A stretch of DNA of 64,000 nt from Takakia lepidozioides (lineage: Eukaryota; Plantae; Bryophyta). This document shows, piece by piece, positions 14,401-27,400 of the stretch (within the stretch, counting starts at the first letter, position 1; each line of letters starts with the position of its first letter). Location: contig CM060731.1 in assembly GCA_030704615.1 (NCBI GenBank), positions 43,834,001-43,898,000 on the forward strand, in the 5' to 3' direction. Below the pieces are notes generated by a model. It saw nothing but the letters and a program-made list of their open reading frames with translations. It searched no databases and was not told the DNA's origin. The position numbers and the translations under genes were made by a program.

Positions 14401-16609
14401 GTACGCGTGTGCCGCATGGAGCGCATGCTCCAGACGTCGCAATCTACCCATCCGTTTCACCCCAACCCTTTTTACTCGGCCACGGTAACTCCACTCTTCC
14501 AAGCCTGAAACTTGGAATGTTAACGGTTTCCTCCAAAAAACAAAGAAAATGGATGAAGAAGAAATGGATGAAGCGAGCCGCGCGGTCTCATGCGGAAGAG
14601 TTAAGGAAGCGATATTCTTTCCGGTTGCCCGCCCGTCCGCGGCGACAGATACCGCATCTTCAAAAATAGCGGGCAGGGGATATTTTGCGGAGAAATGTCG
14701 GGCAGGGTTTGTGTCTAGAAGCTTCAGGGAATAATCGCGGGTATTGACACCCGCGATTTACTCCTCAACGCGCAGCCTCCGGTTACGCTAACCGTGGGAG
14801 GCAGTTATCGTAACCAGAGTGCGTGGTCGGGCAGCGCGGGCAGGCCTGCGCCGGCGGTTACTTATCTGAGCGCTCATAAAATATTACCGCGAGAGTACGG
14901 TACTGCCCGCGTAACTGCAGTACGATTAGCGTGCGGTCGTACGTAGGTTAGGGCATGAGTTAACCGGATGGGGGGGTTAGGGTACAGGGTAGCGGATGGT
15001 ATTGGCAGGGCGGGCATGATAGCGCGGTATGGGGGAGCGTACGTGTTGATTACAATCATCACCCGCGCTGCTTTTCACTTGCTCGTGTTTTTCTATGTTT
15101 CTCGCATATTATTATTATCGCACTGTAAAACTTTACGGCTGCCTCAGTGCGTCAGGCTCCCACTGCCTTGGAAAATCAAATTGCTGCTTTGCTTCCATTA
15201 TGTCTGTGTAAAAATAGCAGGCGGTTTGGGTCAAGCCTTGACTCGCTGAGGCAATGTCTGCCCCTCTTGAGCGACAAGTTAGCCTACAACTCTCCAGCGT
15301 TTGGGTTTCTAGGCTTTGTGTTGCAACGTTGTGATAAGGGAGTTGATAAGCAGGGTTTGGTTTTGCTGCTTTTGTGGTTTTCTTTCTTCCCATCTTTGAT
15401 GAATTGGGTCATGATTGCTTTGTGTTTTTGAGTTTTCTCGAACGTTGATTAGGGGTGACCTAGATCTTTGCTTGATTTTGTGCTTTTCTTGTTTGGGCGG
15501 AGACTGGAGAGGAAGTGTGCGAAGAGAGAGAGTGATAGTTAGTGGGGGGGCAGGAAATGATGCGTGAGAAGTGGAGAGCCGGGAGAGATGTTGAAAATCC
15601 AAGGGAGTGTCCGGTACAATAAAGCAGGGTCGTAAACACGAGTAAGAAATAGATCTAGGAGCTGGATTGGCATGCAAAATAGATTCGTAACGCTTGCTGT
15701 AATGCCAAGGAAGGACCCTCACTCATTCCTACACTTTGCTGGGTATTATTATTGTTATGACCATGCGTGCCATCATTCCTCTCCCCTCCCTCCATCCCTC
15801 ACTTGACTCGGCCAAATCCATGCGCTTGATGTTGTCGCTAATCCGTATCGATCACGCATTAACCTAAATTAAGCTCAACGAACTTGGGGAAAGCATTTAT
15901 ATCGCTCAACGCAAGGGGCCTTTACTCGCTTCTCAATGTGGGTTGCTGAGTTAGCGGCCGACCGAAGTACTGTTGGTGGCAGTGCTTCTTGAGCTTCTTA
16001 ATCCAGCCCCTCTTAATCTCGCTTAACTTAGCCCAGGCCATGACATCATGAGCATTATGACACCATTACTCTCGCACTCCATTCACCAACACAGGTTGTC
16101 TGGCAGGCAAGGCAAACAAAACCCCTACGTACTGCAGGTTCGCCTTCGACGAAACAACCATCATTGGCGAATCCACCCGAAAGCAGAGATTATCACAACC
16201 CCGTATGCCAAGTTAATGACTGCGCTCTTAAAACACGCCAAGAGACATGATGACATCATCCCGGATTCTGCAAGCATATGCCTGCACTCCTCTTGAAGGT
16301 AAATCCTCATTAGTCCCCAGGGATTAAAGCACGGCATTAACCCACACACTCTTACTGCCGCACTTTGTTCGCTTACCCACATCATCACACTTCACTAACT
16401 GCACAATTCCTAGCGTTAGCTCTCTGTACTAATCCTCCATTAAACCCAACTCCAAAGCCTGCCTTCAGTCCCTCTTAAATTCATTGTCTCCCTGCAACAT
16501 ACTACGAGTTTATACTCCAAGTACTACTGCTGCAAGCAGGGTATCTTGCCAGATACTCTGCCCTTAATTGTCAACCGGTCAATACTACTAGCCTTGAGAC
16601 CCTGGCAGG

Positions 16610-16780
16610 GATGAAACCCATTTCTCTTTCTCATGCCAGGAACTAAAACTCAGAAATGAAACCCATTTCTCCTTAACATGCGAGGAAGTGAAACTCACAG
16701 AGATGGAAACCATTTCTCCTTCTCATGCTGAACTGAAACTCACAGAGATGAGAAACTATTTCTCTTTCTCATGCTCGGAA
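16610..16780 (+). repeat. Minisatellite, 4 copies of a ~44-bp unit
   Basis: Unit approximately GATGAAACCCATTTCTCCTTCTCATGC(nnn)GAACTGAAACTCACAGA, repeated in tandem. Confidence 0.8.
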
Positions 16781-19022
16781 CCTCCATCCATCTCCAACAC
16801 TTGTCGCTGTGTTGATCCGAATGACCGACTCATCTCTTTAGAAAAGTGGGACTATTTGGGATGGTCTGTCTTTTGGAAAGGGCCCTGTAAACCAAAGGTA
16901 TTGATATGATGGAAAGGATACAGAAAAGGAGCACAGTTCTCTAGAAAGATGCAAGTTTGGTGGGTCAAGTGCATACACAGAGCTTTGCATGGATCCCATT
17001 TGTGCCCACATTGTTGGTTTTCTACAAAGCATTGTTGTTGTGTATGTCTGATTAAGGTCTGTTTACTGGGTCTCTATTGTACAACATTGACCTGTTATTC
17101 CAACTCTGTTGACCTTTTCTTTGGGTTCTCGTTAGAACAAGTCTTTGAAGATATCTACCCCAGCAAGCAAGGGTAAGGTACATTCATCCCATCATACAGG
17201 ATATTCCATCACGATATGCCGGAATATGATATGACTAGCATATATGTCAACAAACTAGCACTTGGTCGATTCCACTTGGATGTTGGATATACAAACAATC
17301 TATCACTGGCTACTAGACAAACACATTCATCCAAGAATCTAAGTTGGGTACAAACAATTATCATCGGATTTGACATATTCATCCAATCATTGGAGTGGAT
17401 AGATATGGCCATTCATCCACGAGACAGAGTCATCCAATCATTGGGAGTGGATAGACGTGCTCATCCACGGCCCCTGTCGGCAGGCGGCCGCGGAAACCCA
17501 ATTGTCGTTCCTGTTGTTGGTGTTATTAAAAATATGATTTACTATTATATGAATTCTAACATAATATGATGATAGGCGATAATTGATGGCGAAACCGTGC
17601 GCGGGTGAGCCCTTATCATTGCGTCCGCGCACAGTTTCGCGGCAGTTTCGCCCGCTGCTTCCTCTGCGTTGACAGTTGCGCGCTGACGCCGTGGCGAAAC
17701 CGGCGGCGATAGCGTGAAGGCATCACGATTCACGAGGGCGGGCCGGTGATGATAACGTATCACGTGCCAGGCTATCTGCGCCACGCCTTATCCGCCCACG
17801 CTCCCTCTCACTGTTTTCCTTTTCTTTTTTCTTACCTCGCACGATACCCTCGTTTTTGTTTGTTTGTTTGTTTCTTGGATGGGGTCGTCCAGTAAGTCGG
17901 ATGCTTGCTTCGTGCTTCCTGTGGTTCAAAGCTTTGGTTTCTTTCAAGTGTTGGTTTGTTGGCTCTCTTCTACAGAAGAGAGACGTTGCAACATGTTGAA
18001 GTTAATGGAGCAAATATGGTCAAACGACCTTACACCGTGTCAAGGCTCCCATTGGTGTGTTGTGCTGAGTCATCCCCCTTATTAATCTCACTTCCCCTTA
18101 TGTTCGGCAATTGCAAAAGAGCCCATTGCCGTTTGAGGCTTGCTTGTTTGTATGGTGAGCTAGGGTTCGGGCAACTCTCTCTTCCAGAACAAATACCTAG
18201 CAGGGAAATGGTTCCTACTTTCAGAAGCTCAAGTCAAGTTAGACAGGGGCTGGGCTGGGCTGTTGAAAACATTTCAAGCCTCAGCAACAGGACCGCAATG
18301 GTGCTCAGCATGGTGCTCAGTACAAGATGGTTGGTGTGCCTTTTCGAGGCTCACATGGTTGCCATACTTGCAAAATACTTTGATCCAGACACTCCTGGTG
18401 GGGGGCATCTCTGGAGCTTTCACTTGTGAAAAGTTCAGGTGGCCGTTTTTGGAGTAGAGAAGAGACAACTGTGTACTAGCAGTGTTCACATAATCTGTGC
18501 ATTTTGAGCACAATGTAGATGGAGCTGGATATTGGCGCTGATCTGAGGTGGTGGAGAAAACAAAACTGGGCTGTGTTTCACCTTTGTCAATTGCTGGCAG
18601 AACGAAGTGATGAGGGGAAGTTGGCTCATGGCACATGTTTTGTGATGTTTAGGAAGGAACTGAAAAGAGGGAAGAAAATGTCAAACTGGTCTGACTCAAA
18701 AGAATGTCAGCCACCCTTTCATATATACCAGAGATAGCATTGCACCATATCCTAACCTGGTCCGACTTGCCACCAGATCTCCTTGAGTAAAATGGGTAGC
18801 TAATTATCAACAACTACACGAGTATACCAGAACCCTACAATAATTACAAGTTCGACATTACACAGCTACATTTATGGACAAACATGTGCAAGAGAGAGAG
18901 ACCTTCCCTACAGAACATTGGCAGTAACCTTGTAAGCTCCATGGGATACTAACTCTTAGCAAGCTGACTAGGGCATCGGGGTGCAGAAAGTGACAGAAAA
19001 GGACAGTTGACAGTATCTACTA

Positions 19023-21607
19023 TCAGGAAATGTAGGCCTTCGCAAGGTCAGTGAAATTGCAAACAGCGCCAGTCCTTGGGCATGTCACTTTGCCTTGATT
19101 CCTCCTGGCCATGTCTTCCAATGCCTGCAGGTTGCGATGGATTTACCTCACAAGTACCAGGGCTGTAAAACAGTGCCAAATAAGCAGGAAAAACAGCTCT
19201 AAGGCATTCATAGAGAAACAAGTGACATCTTCTTGCACTGATATCCACTGTTATGGTACTCCTAACGTCACATACCTCCCACAAGTACAGCATCTCCCTA
19301 GGGTCCCAACTTTAAGGAGGCCCTGATAGTCCAGTACATCATCAGCACTGGGACTAACCTTGCGGCTGTACACATAACCATTGGGCAGCACCAAGGGAGG
19401 GTTGTCCTCGTTCATCAGCTCCTTCGAAATATAGCAGACAAGCTTACTATGGATATGCTTTGCAAACGGCAGGGGTTCTGCAAGCTGCCGAAATGTCTCC
19501 TGTGAAAGTGGGTCCTCTTTTGTGCACCCCTCCTCATAGCAAAATCTGCCATGAATTGGTCAAGGGCAAAATTGTAGACTGACAATGCTTGTTTCCAGGC
19601 AATGACACACCTGTTGTTATGTATATACACTAACCCATACATCTCACCCCTTCCCCACCACTCTGTCGTGCCAGCATGCTGCTCCCAGTTAGCCAAAAAA
19701 AATATTGCAGGACAGTGAGGAAGGCATGACATGCTCCATGCAGCCTGAAAGATTACAGCAATCCCCTCATGGGGTGTCTCATTTCTTTCTGCACTCTCTC
19801 GCTGTATATTTGCATATATCCTATATATTCTGCTTTCTCTTGTCCCCTAAGCTCTTTCAGCTTTCCATGAATGCTATTAAGTCTCTTTTCTTTCTTTCTT
19901 TCTTTCTTTCTCTCTTTTATCTCTCAAGGGGGGATACGGAGTCTTCAGAGCAGAGAGCCCCGCCTGGAGGTGGATGTTGAGAAGGGGTTCTAGTGTCATG
20001 CCATACAGCTTGTAGAATTCATGCTTGAACTGCTGTATCAAATTCTCCCATTGCTGTGCGTCAAAGAGGATCTGCATCCACTCAGTGCTGAGAGGTCAGA
20101 CATGTTGAGTTTCCCTTTCCCAGCTGGATTAATCCACTGAAGGGAGGCGGACAGCATACTCTTGGTTTCAACTGCTGCCACAGCCCAGCATAGGAGGGTC
20201 CTGAAATCCCAGGCTAACTCATTCTAACTCTACAGGAGGCCCAAGAGACACAAGTGGAACAACAGACACACAGAAAATACACAGTAGAACCACAGCAACC
20301 AAAGCTTCAGCATTGCATGGAGTGGAGATACAGGTAAGCTCCTAAACACTTTTGAGTCATCTTATCCTCTATAAGCGACAAAGGGAGAATGAGCAGGGAG
20401 GTACCTTGTAACCGGCGCAGTCTGTGTTGCTCTTGAAGGCCAGGGTGGCCATGGCCTGCTGCAATTCCTTCATGTTGGTGGCCCCCCATGATGCCAGGTA
20501 CTTGCGTGCATACATTATGGCATCCATCATACGCTCAGCACGCACGAGCTCTATGAACTCTTGCAGTCTCAGCTTGAACTCAAACTTACTCTGAATGCAC
20601 AGGCCACCACAACCCCCGACAAGCGAGAAGCCATGGGTATAGCACCATAAGGTTTGAAGTTAAACAAGAATAATGATCAGCCTACTAGTCCTCAACATTT
20701 CAGATGATATGTTTGGTTGTTTTTACAAATGCAGTCCTTCAGGTCAAAATCGTTGGCAATCAACTACTCAATCATACTGAGAAGATATTGAAAGCACCTT
20801 AGCCTTTTTTAGCTTTGACTTATTTTCAGCACACCATGCAAGTGCTTCAGAGCAGTCCTTGTTGCGCAGTGCCTCCACCACTTTGCGCGCATCCAAAAAT
20901 ATATCTATGTCCACTAGTTCCTGCAAACCACCCGTGTGAGAGAATGTACCCATAAGAAGTTGTTTGCCATAGCCTTGTGGCCATAGACCCCAGTTTGGGC
21001 AGAAAAGAGTGAACAGACACTACCTTTGTGAGGGGCTCACTCCAGTAGTGGGACTTACATGTGTGTGTGTGTGTCTGTGTGTGAGAGTGTACTCATAAGG
21101 CATGGTTTGTCGTAGCCTTGTGGCCATGGACCCCGCACCCAGTTTGAGCGGAACACAAAGGTACAGAAACTACCTTTGTCAGGGGCTGACGCCAGTAGTA
21201 TGACTTACCTTGCAACATACAATTGATCCGAGTTTTCCAGATATCCTTTAGAAATCCCTTCACACAAACATCAATCTGCTGTGTGTCACATGCCCAATAA
21301 CTGGACCCCAAAAGGGCCTGGGCTTTTGGCTCAGCCTTGAAATTTCAAAGTTGGTACACAGAGGTACAGGAACAAATCCCTTGATGGATTTGAAGAGGGT
21401 GTCTCTCTGGTGAGAGTACCCAGGACAATAAATCAGAAAGTGGATATTGTCTTCAGGTTGCCCGCACAACGAGCAGTTGCAATCCCCATTTCCTCTCTGC
21501 GTCAGTTTGCTGTTCGACGGTAGGCTTCCCGCACTGATTTTAAAGTTTTCTCCCTAACATCATTCTCATCAGACAATTTCCTGGCAACAGACTGTGCGCG
21601 CGCGCGC

Positions 21608-21650
<43 letters not shown>

Positions 21651-23564
21651 AGAAGGAAAAATAAATAAACTTCATAACATCCACAGGAATCTGAAAGAGA
21701 ATATGGGACAAAAGATAGTAGGAATATTACAAGTATTACGTCTGCAGAACGGCCCACCTAACCCAAGGCATAAAGAACAAAACAGAACCACAGAACTATG
21801 CGAGAGAGGTAGATACTGGGCAAGTACACCAGACACCGTGGCCTTACAAGACCAACCACATGAAATTAGCCCCTTCCAGTTGAGAGAGAGTTTTAGTATG
21901 GAGCTTCTCGGACTGAATCAAACAGCAACAGTCTGTTCGATGATTTCCAAGAGGGACGCTTCTTGAACATGTACAAACTACAATAATCAGGCTAAAAATG
22001 CGATTCTTTTTTCCCAGCTAAATTGATTCAGTTTACAGAGACAGGCAGATTACTGATAAGTTTGAACTTCAGCTTAGTACCCAACAAGGGGAGGCCCTAT
22101 AGGTTAGAGAGTCATTGCCATTCCCTCCTACTATGTCGGCGGGAGGCCCAACCCACGCGACACAAAAGAACCACAGAACAAACAAATAATAGAAGCACAG
22201 AAAAATTTGTACTCAAAGCTGAAGCATTGCACGAAGAGAGAGGACACGAAGAACGTCCACGTGTTGGGTGGGGGGTGGGGAGGGCCTTTAGGAAGAGTAG
22301 AACAACAATAGAAAATCACACCGAAAGACTCCCTCCTGCAGGTTAAGTTGCCAAGCAAGAAATCTATTATATCCACAAAGGCCCAGAGGGCAGAGGAAGG
22401 GAGACAGAAAGAGCAACCTGAAGATTATTGGACTGGGCAAGCTTGAGGGCCGTGTCATAGTACGAGGAGCGAAGCATATAGTCTACAAGAATACGTTCAA
22501 CGCGCATACTGTTCCAGCTGACCTCACTTTCTTTTCCTCCCATTCGCTGCAACATGCTTAAATGGTCCAGCCTGGCACGACACCTCTGCACCTGCACTTG
22601 CTCGCTCTTGTTGCTCTCATCCAGCTGCCATGCCAATAACCATTCCTTTTCATAATTTGCAGACACAGAAAAGACATCATTTCACCAGTTCTACCTCTCA
22701 AAGCTTCAGTGTGGAGATACCTGGGCTAAGCCTACAAGCCTACCTTCCGCTTAAGGCCTTGCAATCGTGAGACCAAGGATGTAAGATGTTGCACAGCCTC
22801 CTCTTTGGACATGTCCTTGTCTACAGCATCTGCAACTCCTGCCACCACAGCACTCACCTCCTTCTCCACCAGCCGTGTGCTGGCACGCATGGCCTTCTTC
22901 AAGTGCTCATATGGCACCTTCACCCATTAAACAAAAACAGACAAGTAGGTAACAAACCAGTCATCGCATTTCTTGGCTAGTCTGGCTCTGAATAAATTTG
23001 CAGCCATCAAGATAGAGAAACTCTTCGGCTGACAAAAATGCCCAGTATGCACAGAAATTTGCTATATCCCCAATGTTAATTGCTTGCAATCTTGCCTATA
23101 GTAATTGCCTTGACTAATCATGTTTTAGATGCCAAACTCTGGAGAAACAAACTCAGCATAAATTACAGAAGAAATAATCTAAGAAAGTTTACAAAGAATA
23201 ATCGATTCTTCCAAAACATGCAACCGTTTGGCGATAGAATGTACATCAGCTACTGAGGGAAGTTACAGGAGGAGAGGGCGTAGGGGAGGAAATGCTGACT
23301 GGAGGACCAAACTATGCACACTTGCAGGTAAATCAAACCAAGCATCAACCAATGGTCCAACTGCACCTCGGCGCCATCTACCACTGGAAAATATGATTGG
23401 CCCCCCAAGTATCCTTAAGTCATAATACTAACCTTCACCAGCTGGTGCTCGAGCTTGAGGGACTCAGACAAATGGTCATTGAGGCGCACCGCCGGGAGGG
23501 GTGCCACCACTACTGGAGGTGTTGTCGTTGTCCCATTATTTGTCACTGGGATATCAGTCTCCAT
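19023..23564 (-). CDS. MAEA: MAEA / GID9 / FYV10 homolog, CTLH E3 ligase subunit (~414 aa). Exons 23564-23433, 22917-22744, 22624-22418, 20920-20798, 20590-20405, 20071-19938, 19545-19359, 19124-19023.
   Basis: Motifs SLKLEHQLVKVPYEH, LisH (RILVDYMLRSSYYDTA), CTLH (EALAWCAENKSKLKK..SKFEFKLRLQEFIELVR), LQAGLSALKTP and a degenerate RING (HSKLVCYISKELMNEDNPPLVLPNGYVYS...VTCPRTG). All eight exons splice GT-AG in phase. Confidence 0.95.
20945..21058 (-). mobile_element. Short 3' fragment of the small LINE family in MAEA intron 3
   Basis: Family 3' terminus tgtacccataag...ttgccatagccttgtggcc. Flanked by GTGTGAGAG-type microsatellite on both sides. Confidence 0.75.
21088..21592 (-). mobile_element. 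5'-truncated LINE fragment of the same family, in tandem with the previous copy
   Basis: Encodes CSLCGQPEDNIHFLIYCP. Homologous to 966-1515. Flanked by (GT)n(GA)n on both sides (21061-21087, 21608-21648). Confidence 0.85.
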
Positions 23565-24496
23565 TCCTTCTTTTATTGCTTTTTTCGGTTGCCGGAAACC
23601 TTTGTGCATAAACTATCAAGTTGACTCTCCTAAGCGTCCATGCCCCTAGCAATTTGCTGGGCTTGCAGTCCCATCAGCGTGTGTGGCTTTCAGACCCACT
23701 GCAATCATACCGTCTGGTTAGAAGCATCAATATTGCATAATTCAGCCCTAGGGTGTGCCCTATCTTCCTTCTATCTGTTGAGGGAGAGGAGAGAGGGGGA
23801 GGCGTTAAGACTAGCTCTGCTTGTAACTGTAGGAACGTCAGCGAACAAAAACTTGGAAGACCTGAACGCCAACCCATCCAGAAAAGAAAACAGAGGCTCC
23901 GAGTATGTCCATAACCTGAAGCCCATGCAGCCAGATCCAATCACTCATTGCTTATGTTGAAGCAACCGGATGCTAATTGGTCTGAGTGCTACAACATTAC
24001 GAGACTCTGCTCTTCTGTTCTCTTCTCTACTCTCTTCTGTTCTCTCCAGTTTAAGAACCAGCGTATCCCTTCCACCACCAATTCTACCATACCTAGATTA
24101 TGTCCCTAGCACCGTAGCAACAGAAGGTTGACAGCCAGTGCATCTGTGCACCTCCTACTGCAAGTCATCGTGCAGGCACTACCGATCCAATCTCCTGATT
24201 CCTGTTCCAGCAGAAACCCTGATCCTTAAGCGTGCAAGACAAGCAATAATGTAATGAAACCCTAATACTCATGGCAACCTGCCATACCCTAATTCCTTTT
24301 CACGCAATTTCATGAGAAATGTGAGAGACCTTAGAAGGCCATGGCTTACCTATTTCTTAGGGAAGATAATAGAAATGAGGTAAGAACTTAATGCACACGT
24401 GCAACCTCTGAGAGGATGGTAGCCAGTATGTCAAATCTTCCCCACCCTCTCTTGAGACTGACATGGAATTGAAGGAATGTAAACTCATGTAAACTT

Positions 24497-24750
24497 GGGG
24501 TTACACAATGGGGGAGTGTAACTCCACTTGGGGTTACACGATGAGATGTGTAACTCCACTCGGGGTTACACGATGAGATGTGTAACTCCACTCGGGGGTT
24601 ACAACAAAATGGAGTCCACTCGGTGTAACTCACACTTGGTCTCGAATTTTTATTGTCCAAATTTGGCTAAGTATATAATGGACTAAGAAGAGTTCCAAGA
24701 GGATTGTCCAAATTTGGGTAAGTATAAAATGCACTAAGAAGAGTTCCAAG
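24497..24750. repeat. Tandem 31-bp palindromic units (x3 plus partial), followed by 2 copies of a ~51-bp unit
   Basis: GGGGTTACAC-GATGAGAT-GTGTAACTCCACT repeats, then TTGTCCAAATTTGG.TAAGTATA.AATG.ACTAAGAAGAGTTCCAAGA twice. Confidence 0.75.
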
Positions 24751-25361
24751 ATGCATTAAGAAAGTTCAAGAGACCAGGGTTAGAGAGGGTTACACCGATT
24801 GCGATACTGACTCCCACGTTACATTTCAATAGCCTCTCCATCAAAAATCGAACCCAAAATCTCACCACCTACATTGCAATCACCTTACCAACACGCTATC
24901 CACCATAGCTTATGATCCTAGATTCTTAAGTATTTAATAGTGAAACCGAGGTAAGTGGGGGTGGGGAGGATTTGACAGGGGCCCCACCGGAGGAGTCCAG
25001 GCTGCCCGAATCCGGCAAAAACGTTCTATCTCATTCCTATTTTCTTCCATAACCCGTCAGTTGTCAATTCTTTATCGAGAAAATTAAACAACAAAAAAAG
25101 GGATGACACCTCCCAAAGAAAGCATACTTTCTTTTCTTTTCTTTTTGAAGCATACTTAAGTTAAAGTAGTGTAGCCCTGCCTTTGAGCACACATCAAACT
25201 CAACTTGCTATTTTTGATGAATTTTAATGATAAAAAATATTTTATCTCCCACACCATAGGTCCACAAATTATGAAACCACCTTAATGCACCCCTTCAAGA
25301 ACTTTCCAATGTTATTAAGAACCCATACGGAGGCCTTGCAGTGTCATCTTTTATAAATACC

Positions 25362-25672
25362 AAAAAGAGCGACCACCATATGGTGGTCGTTTCATTTAAA
25401 ACAAATACCTAAAAGAGCGACCGCCGTATTGGCGGTCGCATCATTTTTAAAAAACGAAAAAGAACGACCGCCATAGGATGGTCCCTTCACTTCTTAGAAA
25501 AACTTAATAGAGCGACCGCCGTAGTGGCGGTCGCTTCATTTTTTTTTTAAACGAAAAAGAGAAACAGCCATAAGGCGGTCGCTTCATTTTTTTATAAAAA
25601 CAATTAAAGAAATTGAAAAAACAAATTGAAGAAAAAGTGAAGAAGAGCAACCGCCGTATGGCGGTCGCTTCA
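25362..25672. repeat. Array of six GC-rich palindromes separated by A/T-rich spacers
   Basis: Consensus AAGAGCGACCGCC-N(3-5)-GGCGGTCGCTTCA, six degenerate copies. Confidence 0.85.
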
Positions 25673-26499
25673 GGATTTCTTTTTTCTCTTTTTTTTCTTT
25701 TTTCCTTTTAAAATAAATTAATTAATTAAAATTACTATTTTTAATTTTTACCCTCCACGATTTCCTTATACAAGTCGTTGACCTATTTTAGTTGATTTTT
25801 TGCCAGCAAAACACAACATTGCTGCCGGTTCAAAAAAAATTAAGTAAAACAAAAAATAATTAAGCAAATACGGATTATTAAAGTGGAATGCGATACTTAT
25901 GTGAAACATGATAGATTTCCAATTTTTGGTTTGTCATGTCACCTTACATTGTTTTCTATGATAAACCACAATTCAATGAGAAATAAACTTATATAGGATG
26001 AGGTTGGTAAGCCACATATAAGGAAGTTCTATTGATTAACATTTTGAAGGAAAAATGCTTCAAAGTGTGATATGGATTGTGTCACCTAGAAATGTGACTA
26101 TTCACCTTAGGAATAAAACAAATTTGGCGACTGCAATCACATTAACTTTGTAAGATAAGATTATTCATAGTAAGTTGTTAGAGCATTAGCCATAAATTTC
26201 GATGTTCATACGGGTCCGGCGTATTAAAGATTAGAGGCGAAATCGGGTTTAGCCAAGCTAAATGGTGAATAACTAGGTTCATTAGACAATAGTCAAGGTG
26301 TATGCACGAATTGTAAAGGTCTTCATATACTGAAAGAAGTGGGAAAAATGGTCTTGTTTCTCACTGCCATCCCGCTACAGTATTTTTCTTTGTTAGATTT
26401 TTGTGATTCTTTTTCATATGCTTACAACTATGAATGCCTGTCTTATAGATGGCGTTTGATTCAATGGTGGAGTTGCCATAGAAGGTTGTTCTAGAGTAC

Positions 26500-27400
26500 T
26501 GCCATTGTTATTGTCCAATCTTCCAAGAGTTGAAGTCAATCCGTCTCTCAATGACGACTCTCTCTATCCTTTTGATTTTCATCTTGATATGTCTGATACT
26601 GAGACAAATCTTACCAACTGCATGATCCGAGCTCCACTGAGGTCAGCTCGATATCTCTTAACCATTTGATAATAAAATCTACTTCTTGTCAAGAGGTGGA
26701 TTGTGGAGTTTCCATACTCCTGGATCTTCAAAAGCTCTCTTAGGGTTTACATGACATTGATGCTACAGAAATTGAGACAATTTCTTAATGGTGGTGATGT
26801 GAACAACAACACTATGGATAAATGGTCTCGCAAGCATTCTGATATATAGAGGTTCATCCAAAATCTGCAAATACAAAAATGCATTAAAGACAAGTTTGAA
26901 AAAAACGTTGGGGAGCTGGTTGAACTCTTGACGGTGTTTTTCTGGAAGTTCAAAAAATGAAAGATGAACTTTATCCCAAAGACGTACGACGTCAAGCATG
27001 ACCGGTAACATGCAGTTATGTTTGATTAATTTTATCACTGTGATTTCTATTGTAGCTGTAATGATCTTGTGATCTATTTTCTTTTAACTAAGTTCTAGAT
27101 AATTCACCTTACAATTCTTTTGGGATCAAATAGTATTGCGGCTCTTTACATAGGCATACGACGATGCTTACGTGCTCGGATTGAGATGCGGGATGTCCAA
27201 TTAGAAGAAACGTTGATTCCATTTAATATAATCACATATGTTTGTTTCAAGAAGTCAATACTGGGCGTGAACAAGACCATATTGCGATCTGAGAAACTTG
27301 GAATTGGCAACAAGAGGAAACAATCTTTTTTGCTATAACATATGAAAATTACGTTGTCATGCTCAGCCAAGCATTCTTAAGTGTGACATATAGACCGAGA
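26500..27400 (-). pseudogene. Highly decayed possible hAT-like transposase C-terminal remnant
   Basis: Fragments RKHRRMPM*RAAILFDP and ISECLRDHLSIVLLFTSPPLRNCL loosely resemble the hAT 'AA.LL.P' and dimerisation 'S..ER.FS......LRNRL' motifs. Many stops and frameshifts. Confidence 0.3.

Noticed and set aside
14728-14763. Helitron 3' hairpin (AATCGCGGGT-N6-ACCCGCGATT)
   Set aside because: The nearby CTAG is not followed by T in the required orientation, and no 5' TC end or Rep/helicase was found.
7331-18737. Numerous 60-175 aa ORFs in the GC-rich intergenic region
   Set aside because: They show no domain motifs or consistent splice structure, and are expected by chance in GC-rich DNA.
25362-25672. 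CRISPR array
   Set aside because: The repeats are degenerate, the spacers are low-complexity A/T tracts of uneven length, there are no cas genes, and the context is eukaryotic.
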